A stretch of 64,000 bases of DNA from a bacterium UBP13_UBA5359 (GTDB taxonomy: Bacteria > UBP13 > UBA5359): positions 206,397-270,396 of the forward strand of contig DHPR01000033.1 in assembly GCA_002410925.1 (NCBI GenBank). Direction: 5' to 3'. Below are positions 30,441 to 41,901 of the stretch, piece by piece; position 1 is the first letter of the stretch; each line of letters opens with the position of its first letter. The position numbers were made by a program, and so were the translations under genes. The notes under the pieces are model-generated. The model searched no databases, was not told the DNA's origin, and was given only the letters and a program-made list of their open reading frames with translations.

Positions 30441-30571
30441 TGCCCAAAGAGATCTCCCAGTTAATTTAGCACAATTAATTTTATACCATGAACAAATGAA
30501 TGTAAAGCCAAAAGGCGGGAATGCAACCCGCCTTCAAAATAACGTATCTCGGTATCTAGAGCTTTGTCTGC

Positions 30572-30790
30572 TTATCTGACGATAACCTCATTAACAACAT
30601 CTTCTACCCCATCTACATCCCAAGCCAATTCAGATACCCTGTCCCTGCTATCCAAAGTATCCACTATGCCCCGCAAATAAACAATTCCATCCTCGGTATC
30701 AACGTTGATGTCAAAGACGTCCAACTGATCATCAGCAGCTATCTTTGCTTTTACTTTGGCATTTATGCTCAGATCATCCAAACTCATCAA
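30572..30790 (-). CDS. Single BON-domain protein
   Basis: DDLSINAKVKAKI...INVDTEDGIVYLRG...VDGVEDVVNEV. Terminator at about 30510-30534. Confidence 0.88.
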   Translation of the reverse strand: MMSLDDLSINAKVKAKIAADDQLDVFDINVDTEDGIVYLRGIVDTLDSRDRVSELAWDVDGVEDVVNEVIVR

Positions 30791-31035
30791 CTCTCCCTCC
30801 TTTCTTTATAAATCCGTTTAGCTGTGAGTATACCCTTTATGCCCCAGGCTATCATGCCCAACCCTATCAGATATGCAAATATATCAGGAAATGTCAGAAC
30901 CGTTATACCCAGGGCCAAAAAAAACAAGGGTAAAAAATCTATCCTCAAAGCGATTCACGTCTCCTTTCGGATTTCATTTTACCCATGCAAGATGCACTTT
31001 AAACTATTCTTGTTTACCGGCTTTACCAGAAAGCG

Positions 31036-31491
31036 TTATCCCTTTTGACGTTCTTTTATGGCCCTGGCTATCTCCATATCGGCATCTCTCTTAGCCAGCG
31101 TCTCCCGTCGATCATAAAGCTTCTTTCCCTTGACCAGAGCCAGAGTAATCTTGGCCAGGCCGCGGTTGCTGATATATATTTTAAGAGGCACTAAAGAGAG
31201 CCCCTTCTCCTTGACCTTACCTGTAAGGCGCCTTATCTCCTCTTTGTGCAGCAGCAATTTTCTGCGTCTCAGTGTATCTACGTTATAGCGATTACCTGCT
31301 TCATACGGGCTGATGTGCATATTATAAATAAAGACCTCGTCGTTCTCTACCCCGGCATAACTGTCGCGTAGATTGACTTTGCTGTCACGGATGGATTTTA
31401 TCTCCGTTCCGGTTAAAACAATGCCTGCTTCAACTTCTTCCAAAATAAAGTAATCATGATAGGCCTTCCTGTTTGTTGCTACAACTTTCAT
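31036..31491 (-). CDS. smpB: SsrA-binding protein
   Basis: [37 protein letters not shown]. Confidence 0.97.
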   Translation of the reverse strand: MKVVATNRKAYHDYFILEEVEAGIVLTGTEIKSIRDSKVNLRDSYAGVENDEVFIYNMHISPYEAGNRYNVDTLRRRKLLLHKEEIRRLTGKVKEKGLSLVPLKIYISNRGLAKITLALVKGKKLYDRRETLAKRDADMEIARAIKERQKG

Positions 31492-31642
31492 AATATCTCC
31501 TCGATTTATCAAGCAGCTTTTTCATTATTATAGCATGTTGTCCGCTATGAAGGATATGTTCTTTCCGGTATAGAAGTAATATACTAATGGGTATACATAA
31601 AGCATGAACAGCCTGGAACCATAAGAAACGAGGGGCAGGATC

Positions 31643-32182
31643 ATGGCAGAACGGATGATATATTACAATGCATTCCGCGACCATGACCGCGGTTGGACAA
31701 TCATGCTTGCCATCTTTGCAATCGCTATAGTGCTACTCTCTTTCAGCTCTGCCAAGTGGCTGCTTTTTCCACTTGTAGGTCCTCTCTCCCTGATCTTTAC
31801 TACCAAAGCGTTCAGCCGCTACCATGTTATCAATCTGGGGGTCAGAGGCGTAATGAACATCTTGTTTCTCACCTCAATCTCCAGCTGCCTTATTATTGCT
31901 GCTATCGTTCTCGGGCTGCTTCCGGGCATATTGCTGGCTACCAGCCTTATGTTCTCAGCGCCTTTAATGATTTATAAAAGATATGGCATTATCGGTTCAA
32001 TTACAGGTAGCATACGAATCGTACGAAGCGATTTTATCGCTTATGCTGTGCTCTGGATGTATAGCAGTCTACTGCCTTTTTGGGGTCTGCTGACAATCTT
32101 CGGTATACTCGATGCGTTACCCAATGCACTCTTGTTACGTAAAGATGCATTTATGAAAGCAATCAGGACGCCAGATCGCTAA
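31643..32182 (+). CDS. Hypothetical membrane protein
   Basis: GAGGGG RBS and several hydrophobic segments; no motif recognised. Confidence 0.55.
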   Translation: MAERMIYYNAFRDHDRGWTIMLAIFAIAIVLLSFSSAKWLLFPLVGPLSLIFTTKAFSRYHVINLGVRGVMNILFLTSISSCLIIAAIVLGLLPGILLATSLMFSAPLMIYKRYGIIGSITGSIRIVRSDFIAYAVLWMYSSLLPFWGLLTIFGILDALPNALLLRKDAFMKAIRTPDR

Positions 32183-32208
32183 AATATTATGAAATGGGGG
32201 AAGGCTGT

Positions 32209-32535
32209 ATGGGAATACCCGTAACATGTATCTGCGGACACCCTATAGATGCTGACGAGGTTGTACAAATGGGCGCTTATACGCGGCTCTCCGGTCCCAA
32301 TGTCGTTTACGTTCGTTTCCGTTGCTCGGTCTGCAACCACCTGGGAGAAAAGCTCGTTGAGCAGCAGCGATGGCATGAGCAATTACATAACGCCGCCATA
32401 CCTACGGCAACAACCGCTCCTGTAACCGCCAATAATGTGGAAAGTGAGCGCTTTGCATCTATGGGGCCAATACGCACAGACGAACAAATAGATTTTCATC
32501 TTGCTCTGGCCGGTATGTCACGTATAGAATTATAA
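32209..32535 (+). CDS. Hypothetical Zn-ribbon protein
   Basis: CICG...CSVC cysteines, C-terminal GPIRTDEQIDFHLAL. Confidence 0.65.
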   Translation: MGIPVTCICGHPIDADEVVQMGAYTRLSGPNVVYVRFRCSVCNHLGEKLVEQQRWHEQLHNAAIPTATTAPVTANNVESERFASMGPIRTDEQIDFHLALAGMSRIEL

Positions 32536-33264
32536 GCCATGCGCCAAGCGGTCTATCAGCCTTTGCGGCAAGGAGTATGATTCCATCATAGCCTGTACGG
32601 CCTGCACATCATATGCCTGTCTGACGAAGGAGAGCGTCTCTGTTTTATCATCATAGAGCGCAAGAGCAGCAGCCGGATTGCCGTCTCTGGGCTGCCCGAT
32701 ACTACCGGGATTAATAAAATATTTACATCCCGGTATCAGCTTATATGCCATATCTGTCCTTACCGGCAGTTTCTCTATGCCGCCATTTCCGGAATCCATA
32801 TATAGTGCCGGCCTATGCGTATGGCCGGCAAAACAGAGTTCGGTAGGCTGATTCTCCATGGCGACGGCCGCATCGTTCGTATTAAAAACATAGGCATCGG
32901 GGTCAGGCCAGGAGCCGTGAACAAATGTAGCTTTATCAGTGATAATATATCTGTCAAGGGATTTAAGGAAGCGCCTGCTCCGGTTGGTCAAGTTTGCGGC
33001 TGTCCACTGCATGGCGGCCTTGGCCCTCTCGTTAAATCGCTCAATATCATATTTCTCTACCGCTGCCAAATCATGATTGCCGGAGACAATTTCCACATTT
33101 AAATCCTCGATAAATTGGCAACATTCATTTGGTTGCGGGCCATATCCTACCACATCACCAAGGCAATAGATGATATCGGCAGCACGCAAATACGGCCTTA
33201 TTGCTTTCAAAGCCACATAATTACTATGAATATCCGATATCACTGCCCAGACCAAGGACATCAC
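32530..33264 (-). CDS. Metallophosphoesterase (calcineurin-like)
   Basis: SDIHSN, LGDVVGYG, GNHD, HGS, GHTH, NPGSIGQPRDG. Confidence 0.92.
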   Translation of the reverse strand: MMSLVWAVISDIHSNYVALKAIRPYLRAADIIYCLGDVVGYGPQPNECCQFIEDLNVEIVSGNHDLAAVEKYDIERFNERAKAAMQWTAANLTNRSRRFLKSLDRYIITDKATFVHGSWPDPDAYVFNTNDAAVAMENQPTELCFAGHTHRPALYMDSGNGGIEKLPVRTDMAYKLIPGCKYFINPGSIGQPRDGNPAAALALYDDKTETLSFVRQAYDVQAVQAMMESYSLPQRLIDRLAHGL

Positions 33265-33270
33265 TCACAT

Positions 33271-33954
33271 TCATTTCATTATACCTATCAGCAGCATACC
33301 TGCTATAAAACCGCCCACATGGGCAAAATATGCCACCTGCATACCAGCCGCTGGCTGCAACGGAGACATAATACCTGAGAAGAACTGCAATAGAAACCAT
33401 AACCCCAGCAAAAGCATAGCCGGGATCCGAACGAATCTTATCAGCCCCCATATAAATGGAATTGGTATCACCAGCGCTGTTACAACTCTGGCATGCGGAT
33501 AAAGGAGCATGTATCCGCCCAGCACTCCCGCCACTGCACCGCTGGCGCCGATAACCGGAATATTCGATGAGGAATGCAACGCTATATGTGTTAGGGCTGC
33601 AATAAGGCCGCTTGCTAAATAAAAAAACAGATAGCGTAACTTCCCCAGAACATCCTCTACATTGTTACCGAATATCCAGAGAAAGAGCATATTTCCTCCC
33701 AGATGCAGCCACCCGCCATGCATGAACATGTGTGTTAGCATGCTTTCAATCGTTGTAAAGGTTAATGCCTCACCATGCAGCACACTCTCCTTTATCGCTT
33801 TAGGATAAAGAGCATACCTTTCAAAAATCTGATTTTCCGCCCTTATCCCGCTCCTCATCTGCAGATAATAAACGGTTATATTGATAGCTATAAGAAGCAA
33901 CGTTATCCAGGGAAAACGCCTGGTTGGATTCTCATCCTTGATTGGTATAAGCAT
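33271..33954 (-). CDS. Rhomboid intramembrane serine protease
   Basis: MFMHGGWLHLGGNM, GASGA, AHVGG. Confidence 0.93.
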   Translation of the reverse strand: MLIPIKDENPTRRFPWITLLLIAINITVYYLQMRSGIRAENQIFERYALYPKAIKESVLHGEALTFTTIESMLTHMFMHGGWLHLGGNMLFLWIFGNNVEDVLGKLRYLFFYLASGLIAALTHIALHSSSNIPVIGASGAVAGVLGGYMLLYPHARVVTALVIPIPFIWGLIRFVRIPAMLLLGLWFLLQFFSGIMSPLQPAAGMQVAYFAHVGGFIAGMLLIGIMK

Positions 33955-33960
33955 ACCTCG

Positions 33961-35556
<1,596 letters not shown>

Positions 35557-35637
35557 CTACCCCCATACATATGCATAGAATTATCAAATAAACCGGCCGT
35601 TAGTCATGCCGGTCATTGCTCTGATATTAATATTATT

Positions 35638-36420
35638 TTAGCATAGATTATTACGCAACTCACTTAAATCTTTAATGATAATATCCGGGCGACTCGTACC
35701 TTTCAGCAGAGCGGCTTCATCAGCCGTCGTAACCCCGGAAAGCACCAGTACGGTTTGCACCCCGGCTCTATTGCCTCCGATGATATCCGTATCAACCCTG
35801 TCACCGATAGTAACTGTTTCTGCAGGCGTCATTCCGGTAATCTCCATAATCAGAGTCAGAGCAAAGCTTTCAGGCTTGCCGATAACAATAGGGCTCTTTC
35901 CGGTCGATGTCTCTATAGCCGTTACAACTGCGCCCCCACCTGGAATTGTTTCACCCTCTACCGGATAGGTATTATCCCTATTGGTGGCAATAAAAGCGGC
36001 GCCATGGATGATAGCTCTATGCGCCTGAGTTAATTTTTTATAAGTGAAATTCTTGTCCAGGCCGGCCACTACAAAATCCGTTTTATCAGGAGCATAAGAT
36101 ATCTTCATACCAACATCGGACAACTCACGCCGCAGCCCCTCTTCACCAATGACCATAATTCTAGCGCCGGGATGTGAACGTACCAGATAGAGCGCAGTAG
36201 CGTAGGCAGATGTCATAATTGAATCAGCAGTTACATGTATGCCTATTCTGCCTAGCTTATTTACAAATGATTGCCTATCCATTGTAGCGTTATTAGTGAG
36301 AAAATATACTTTATTTCCTTCTTCCTGCAAGCTTCCAATAGTCTCCACTGCTCCGTTTACAGGCTCGCTCCCCCTGTAAACAACTCCATCGAGGTCAAAA
36401 ATATAGAGCTTAATTCCCAC
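35638..36420 (-). CDS. HAD-IIA family hydrolase (NagD-like)
   Basis: FDLDGV, LTNN, IGKP, IGDRVDTDI. Confidence 0.92.
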   Translation of the reverse strand: MGIKLYIFDLDGVVYRGSEPVNGAVETIGSLQEEGNKVYFLTNNATMDRQSFVNKLGRIGIHVTADSIMTSAYATALYLVRSHPGARIMVIGEEGLRRELSDVGMKISYAPDKTDFVVAGLDKNFTYKKLTQAHRAIIHGAAFIATNRDNTYPVEGETIPGGGAVVTAIETSTGKSPIVIGKPESFALTLIMEITGMTPAETVTIGDRVDTDIIGGNRAGVQTVLVLSGVTTADEAALLKGTSRPDIIIKDLSELRNNLC

Positions 36421-37564
36421 GCATGCCATGATCGACCACATCCTCATATACTGTTATAAGCTTCTCTGTGCAACGAGCAATTGAGCACTCTGCCACAGCT
36501 TCAGCGCTATTTGCAACCAGTTGTGCTCGTTTCTCCGGATTGGAAAGCAATGCTAGAACAGCTGCTGCAAATTTACTCTCGTTTTCATCCAGAAGTATTC
36601 CATTATAACCATCTTTGATAAAATCGGCCACGCCCATGGCGTTTACGGCTACCACCGGAGTTCCGGCAGCTAAAGACTCCATCAGAACAAGTCCCTGTGT
36701 TTCCGTTCTGGAGGCAAACACAAATACATCTGCATCAACATAACACTTGGCCAGCTCCTCCCTGGGCAAATAACCACAAAAAATAACGTTGCCGCTTAGG
36801 CCTAAATCATTAGACATCTCCCTGAGCCGGGCCTCATCAGGACCACCGGAGACAATAAGAAATCTGCTCATCGGCATAGCTGTAGCGATCTCTTTATAAG
36901 CTCTCAGAAGAAAATCAATATTTTTTTCTTTGGCTAGCCTGCCGGCAAAGAGAAGAACCGGTTCATCGTTGCTGATGCCATACTTTTTTCTTGCCCATCC
37001 CTTACGTAGATTTTCAAAGAAGTCTACATCTATGCCTGTCGGTAACACAGTGATTGGCCGCTTGACACCATAGCCCTCTAAAATATGCTTAATAGCTGTT
37101 GAAGGTGTCAATACTCTGTTTGCTCTATTGCAAAAGTTCCTGCTTAGAGCCATTAGAAATTTCCTTGCGCTTTGTCGTTGAAACGGAGCATAATGGGCAT
37201 ATTCAGCGTAAAGCGTATGATAAGTATATACCTTTGGCAGTCCAAGCCTGTCGGCTATATGAAAGCCAACATGGCCCAGGGAAAATGGTGTCTGTGCATG
37301 TATAAGATCCAGGCCTATTGATTTTACTCTAGATAAAGTCTTACCCGGCAAAGGATAAGCTATCGGATAATCATGATAGCCGGGAATCGTGAAGGAATCG
37401 CAGCGAATTACAAACTCGTCATCAGCATCGTAGCCTGGAAAATCGGGGGCGAAGATATATACCTGGTGTCCATTTCTTCTGAGCTCGTTTTTATAGACCT
37501 CTATGGAAGTGACGACACCATTAATTACAGGCCTGTAAGATTCGGTAAATATACCGATTCTCAA
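36410..37564 (-). CDS. Glycosyltransferase family 4 (diacylglycerol glucosyltransferase-like)
   Basis: FTESYRPVINGV, HAQTPF, YHTLY, GRLAKEKN, SRTETQGLV. Confidence 0.9.
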   Translation of the reverse strand: MRIGIFTESYRPVINGVVTSIEVYKNELRRNGHQVYIFAPDFPGYDADDEFVIRCDSFTIPGYHDYPIAYPLPGKTLSRVKSIGLDLIHAQTPFSLGHVGFHIADRLGLPKVYTYHTLYAEYAHYAPFQRQSARKFLMALSRNFCNRANRVLTPSTAIKHILEGYGVKRPITVLPTGIDVDFFENLRKGWARKKYGISNDEPVLLFAGRLAKEKNIDFLLRAYKEIATAMPMSRFLIVSGGPDEARLREMSNDLGLSGNVIFCGYLPREELAKCYVDADVFVFASRTETQGLVLMESLAAGTPVVAVNAMGVADFIKDGYNGILLDENESKFAAAVLALLSNPEKRAQLVANSAEAVAECSIARCTEKLITVYEDVVDHGMRGN

Positions 37565-37660
37565 CGATTTACCCCCTCTAAAATGCACTCTACCGGCTCT
37601 ATAAGCGCCGGCAGAAGCAACACTCCCTTAATCACTGCATGGTATTATAACATCATTAGC

Positions 37661-38032
37661 TTAAAGTTCAAAGACCTCGGCCCGAACCAATTTCGCATTC
37701 AATCGTCCGCCAGGTTTGATAGAAAGCGCTTCGGCTCGGCCGGCATCCAGCTCTATAACACTTCTGGCATTACGTCTGATGGATGTAGTCTTGTTCGGCT
37801 GAAGGCTATGGATGATATCAATCACTGTACCATCTGCGGCAACGAAAACAACATCTATGGGAAAGCGCATCAAAAAAGTATGAACGGCCTGGCATGGAGA
37901 TATATAAGCCCCGTCTATGCCTTTCATATCAACCCGACCAAGCAATCCCCGCATTCTTGTAAATATATTGGTACAACGCAGGAATTTAGCTCCTATAGGC
38001 TTGCCTTCATATGTGATTACAATGTAAGGCAT
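37661..38032 (-). CDS. DUF192 family protein (end of tad operon)
   Basis: FTRMRGLLG, PCQAVHTFLMRFPIDVVF, SVIELDAG. Confidence 0.88.
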   Translation of the reverse strand: MPYIVITYEGKPIGAKFLRCTNIFTRMRGLLGRVDMKGIDGAYISPCQAVHTFLMRFPIDVVFVAADGTVIDIIHSLQPNKTTSIRRNARSVIELDAGRAEALSIKPGGRLNAKLVRAEVFEL

Positions 38033-38970
38033 TACCAGCTCAAAGTAGGCATGATCTCTTTGACTATCAAAACGGCCGGTCCAAGCAATACAATGAAGAT
38101 TGCCGGAAAAATACAGAATACCAGCGGAAAAAGCATTTTAACCGGTAACTTCATAGCAGCCTCCTCAGCGCGCTGACGTCTCTTAACGCGGAATTGCTGC
38201 GCCTGAACACGCAGAACGTTTCCAATACTTATGCCCAGCTCATCAGCTTGAATTATAGCCGCCAGAAATGTCGATAAATCATCAACGCCTGCTCTGTTAG
38301 CTATATCACGCATGGCATCGCGCCTATGCTTGCCGATACGAATCTCTTGAAGCGCCCTGTTGAATTCATCACTTAAGGGCCCGCTGCTTTTTTGAATCAC
38401 TCTGTTTACAGCAGCATCAAACCCCAGACCTGCCTCCATTCCAACAACCATAAGGTCTAAAAAATAAGGCAATGTGTTTTGTATTTGCTTCTGCCTAAGC
38501 TTTATTGCCTGATTTATATATGAATCAGGTAGTAAAAATCCGAGAATAAAAAAGACCATGGTAAAGAGCGTGGTGAGTTGAGATTTAAAACCCACTATAT
38601 GGCAGAATAATAAGACACCTAACGGCAAAGAAAGAAGCGTAATAATTTTAATAGCCAAGAATTCTTCTGAATGAAGATCGTGTGGATTACCGGCCATCGT
38701 AAGACGTTTTCTGATTCTATCTTTCACATGTTGAGGCGTATATTTTACTATACAATCCAAACCTTTCCGAGATGCCGGGCCGACAACGCGTTCCAAAAAA
38801 GGCTTCGCTAACTCCATTTCTTCGAGCGTTGGTATATGAACCTCCTTGCCTACCTCTTTAAGACGATTTATAGCGCTACGCGGTTGCCCCAGCACGCTGG
38901 TGATAAAGACAACAAATGAGGAGACTGCAACGAATATAGCTATAGCAAATATCAATGCCCCAAGATCCAT
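38032..38970 (-). CDS. tadC: Tad pilus inner-membrane platform protein TadC
   Basis: LPYFLDLMVVGMEAGLGFDAA, IIQADELG, AEEAAMKLPVKMLFPL (T2SS F domain). Confidence 0.92.
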   Translation of the reverse strand: MDLGALIFAIAIFVAVSSFVVFITSVLGQPRSAINRLKEVGKEVHIPTLEEMELAKPFLERVVGPASRKGLDCIVKYTPQHVKDRIRKRLTMAGNPHDLHSEEFLAIKIITLLSLPLGVLLFCHIVGFKSQLTTLFTMVFFILGFLLPDSYINQAIKLRQKQIQNTLPYFLDLMVVGMEAGLGFDAAVNRVIQKSSGPLSDEFNRALQEIRIGKHRRDAMRDIANRAGVDDLSTFLAAIIQADELGISIGNVLRVQAQQFRVKRRQRAEEAAMKLPVKMLFPLVFCIFPAIFIVLLGPAVLIVKEIMPTLSW

Positions 38971-38971
38971 T

Positions 38972-39973
38972 TCAAACCTCGATATCCACTAATTTTCTAA
39001 TAACCATATAACCTATAATCTGCATGGTTATTCCCAAACCCAGCATCAGCCAGCCGATAATATCGGTAGTCAATTTTGACATATATTCATGATTCAGCAG
39101 ATTTATAATAAAGAAGAGTGCCACGGGCAGACTGCCGACTATGAAGCCCGATAGGCGCCCCTGTGCCGTCAGCGTCTTGACCTCTCCCTTTATCCTGATA
39201 CGCTCTCTGATAGTATTGGCGATATTCTCCAGAATTTCCGCTAAGCTGCCGCCTATTTCACGTTGAATTATTACGGCCGTAACGACCAGATCCATATCCT
39301 CGCTGCCCACTCTCTCTACAATATTCAGCAGAGCCTTCTCTACTGTGTTGCCAAGGCTTATCTCCTGCAGAACCTTGGCGCATTCTTCCGACATGGGCGG
39401 CAGGGCTTCCCGAGCAACCATATCTATCGATTGCATAAAGCTATATCCGGATTTAAGGCAATTAGATATAAGCGCAAGAGTATCCGGTATCTGATTGTTA
39501 AAATAATTCAGCCATTTATGTTTTAGATGTTTAAGATAGGCAAAGGGAAGCCTGAAAGCTATGCCGGCAAAGATGCAGGCAAAGATCATATTCTTGGTAA
39601 TCAAAATTCCCAGCAAAAAGGCAATAAAAATAAGCGCAATCCAGATATATATAAATTCCGATACTTTAAGAACCAGACGAGCCTGTATCAGCTCTTTGTT
39701 GAGATTCTCAGCAAAGCTTTTATCGGCAAGAACCTTTGTCAGCCATGGCAGGAGATCTACCCGTTGCTTTTTAGTTTTTTCTTCCTGATCATATGCTGTC
39801 TCATCCGTGTATACATCCGCAACCGGCATTTCTCCGGAGAGATACTTTTTTAGACGCATCTTTGAAGAACGACGCTCAGGCAGCGAAATTATATATTTGA
39901 TTCCTACAGTAAGAAGCATACAGATTGCAAAGGTTAATGCCATAATGATTATATATAGGACGGGCAGTTGCAT
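38972..39973 (-). CDS. tadB: Tad pilus inner-membrane platform protein TadB
   Basis: QIPDTLALISNCLKSGYS, QREIGGSLAEIL, TLTAQGRLS. Confidence 0.92.
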   Translation of the reverse strand: MQLPVLYIIIMALTFAICMLLTVGIKYIISLPERRSSKMRLKKYLSGEMPVADVYTDETAYDQEEKTKKQRVDLLPWLTKVLADKSFAENLNKELIQARLVLKVSEFIYIWIALIFIAFLLGILITKNMIFACIFAGIAFRLPFAYLKHLKHKWLNYFNNQIPDTLALISNCLKSGYSFMQSIDMVAREALPPMSEECAKVLQEISLGNTVEKALLNIVERVGSEDMDLVVTAVIIQREIGGSLAEILENIANTIRERIRIKGEVKTLTAQGRLSGFIVGSLPVALFFIINLLNHEYMSKLTTDIIGWLMLGLGITMQIIGYMVIRKLVDIEV

Positions 39974-41901
39974 TATATTTCTCCTTCATCACTGAACATA
40001 GTCGGAGAGAGCTTGATGCCGGCCTGCTCTATTCTGTCATAGAAGGATGGCCGTATACCAGTGGGACGAAAACGACCGATAACCGCTCCATTGGTATCTA
40101 CTCCCTTCTGCTCAAACACGAAAATATCCTGCAGCGTGATAATATCGCCCTCCATACCCAGTACCTCCGTAATATAGAGGAGGCGCCTGGTTCCGTCACG
40201 CAAGCGTCCTTGCTGAATAATCAAATCTATAGCAGATGATATTTGCTCCCTGATTGCTCTTACAGGTAATTCCATACCGGCCATAAGAACCATCGTTTCC
40301 AGCCGGGAAAGAATGTCCCGAGGAGTATTGGCATGGCCGGTCGTCAATGAACCGTCATGGCCGGTATTCATTGCCTGAAGCATATCCAAGGCCTCACCGC
40401 CGCGCACTTCGCCCACCACTATTCTATCCGGACGCATACGCAATGCATTGCGCACCAGATCTCTGATCGCCACCTGCCCCTTCCCTTCGATATTGGGCGG
40501 CCTGGATTCCAGAGATACGACGTGCTCCTGCCGCAACTGCAGCTCTGCGGCGTCCTCTATAGTTACTATACGCTCGTCATTAGGTATCATAGATGATAAG
40601 ACATTCAAAGTGGTTGTCTTTCCCGATCCGGTTCCGCCGGAAACTACAATATTGAGGCGAGCCTTTACACAGGCTTCGATGAAGAGAGCCATCTCCCGTG
40701 TGAGCGTACCGAAGTTTATCAAATCCGCAATGGTAAAGGGATCCTTGGAGAACTTCCTTATTGTCAAACATGGGCCCTTTAATGCCATAGGAGGTATGAT
40801 GGCGTTGACTCTGGACCCATCCGGCAGGCGAGCATCTACCATAGGACTGCTCTCGTCTATACGCCTGCCTAGAGGGGCCACAATTTTCTCTATGATATGC
40901 ATGAGGTGATCATTATCCTTAAATCGAGTATCGGAAGGCTTAAGCTTGCCTTTTTTCTCAACATATACCTGGTAAGCGCTATTGACCATGATCTCCGAAA
41001 TATCCGGATCACGAAGCAGCGCTTCCAACGGCCCCAGACCAAGTATCTCATCCTGAAGGTCACTTACAAGCTGTGCTCTCTCCGTTCTATTAAGCGGTGT
41101 CCCCTCATCGTTTATCAGAGTATTGACCATACCCTCTATTTCTCGGTATAGAACATCATCCTTTTTCCCCTTGCCAAGCTCTGGGCTAAGCTCAGCGATC
41201 AGCCGCTCCTGTAAACGATGCTTCATATTGAAATAATCATCGGCATAGCTCTGCTTTTTGGCCGTTCGGTCCATAAGCTGCTTGAAGGGATTATCTGCCA
41301 GCTTAGAGATGTTTAATGTCGGCCTGGCGGCTAGAGGAGGAATAGTCATATGGATGCGTGATCCATCCGGCAATCGGCTTTCAACGGTGGGTATAGAGGA
41401 ATCTATCCTGCTCCCAAGCGCATCGGCGATCTTGGCAATAATACGTCCCAGATGAGCCTGATCATTGAAGCGCTTGCCGGTTTGCTCAAGCACGCCGCGT
41501 CGCTCAACCATGATATCATCCTCTGATGAAACGATTATCCTGCTGATAATTCTATCATTGAGAAAGGGTTCTATAGGTCCAAGACCGACAAGTTCGTCCA
41601 TATAATCTGCTATCAGCTTAACTTTTACGTCAGGAGATATCTCCAAGCCGGCCAACATGGTCTGGGATGAAATGACATCGCTCAATTTGGAACGGAGCTT
41701 GCCTATGTCCTCATCCTGTATTACTACCGCACCGATAGAGTTGATAACTCTCTCGTAGATTTGCTTGCGTATATTGATATATTCGTCATCTTCTGTGGGT
41801 CTCTGCGGCACATCGTTAGTATCAATCTCTTCATGCCGATATTCAGCTTTGTTCGGCTCGTCACCGGGCGCAGACTTTCCCAATCTGTTAAGAAGCGACA
41901 C
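39973..41901 (-). CDS. cpaF: Tad pilus ATPase CpaF/TadA with duplicated N-terminal module
   Basis: GGTGSGKTT, TIEDAAEL, LRMRPDRIVVGEVRG, MNTGHDG; two GLGP...RLPDGSR modules. Confidence 0.95.
   Translation of the reverse strand: MSLLNRLGKSAPGDEPNKAEYRHEEIDTNDVPQRPTEDDEYINIRKQIYERVINSIGAVVIQDEDIGKLRSKLSDVISSQTMLAGLEISPDVKVKLIADYMDELVGLGPIEPFLNDRIISRIIVSSEDDIMVERRGVLEQTGKRFNDQAHLGRIIAKIADALGSRIDSSIPTVESRLPDGSRIHMTIPPLAARPTLNISKLADNPFKQLMDRTAKKQSYADDYFNMKHRLQERLIAELSPELGKGKKDDVLYREIEGMVNTLINDEGTPLNRTERAQLVSDLQDEILGLGPLEALLRDPDISEIMVNSAYQVYVEKKGKLKPSDTRFKDNDHLMHIIEKIVAPLGRRIDESSPMVDARLPDGSRVNAIIPPMALKGPCLTIRKFSKDPFTIADLINFGTLTREMALFIEACVKARLNIVVSGGTGSGKTTTLNVLSSMIPNDERIVTIEDAAELQLRQEHVVSLESRPPNIEGKGQVAIRDLVRNALRMRPDRIVVGEVRGGEALDMLQAMNTGHDGSLTTGHANTPRDILSRLETMVLMAGMELPVRAIREQISSAIDLIIQQGRLRDGTRRLLYITEVLGMEGDIITLQDIFVFEQKGVDTNGAVIGRFRPTGIRPSFYDRIEQAGIKLSPTMFSDEGEI

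Noticed and set aside
30791-31035. Possible tmRNA next to smpB
   Set aside because: No GGGG 5' end, T-arm/CCA end or tag reading frame seen; region is too short.
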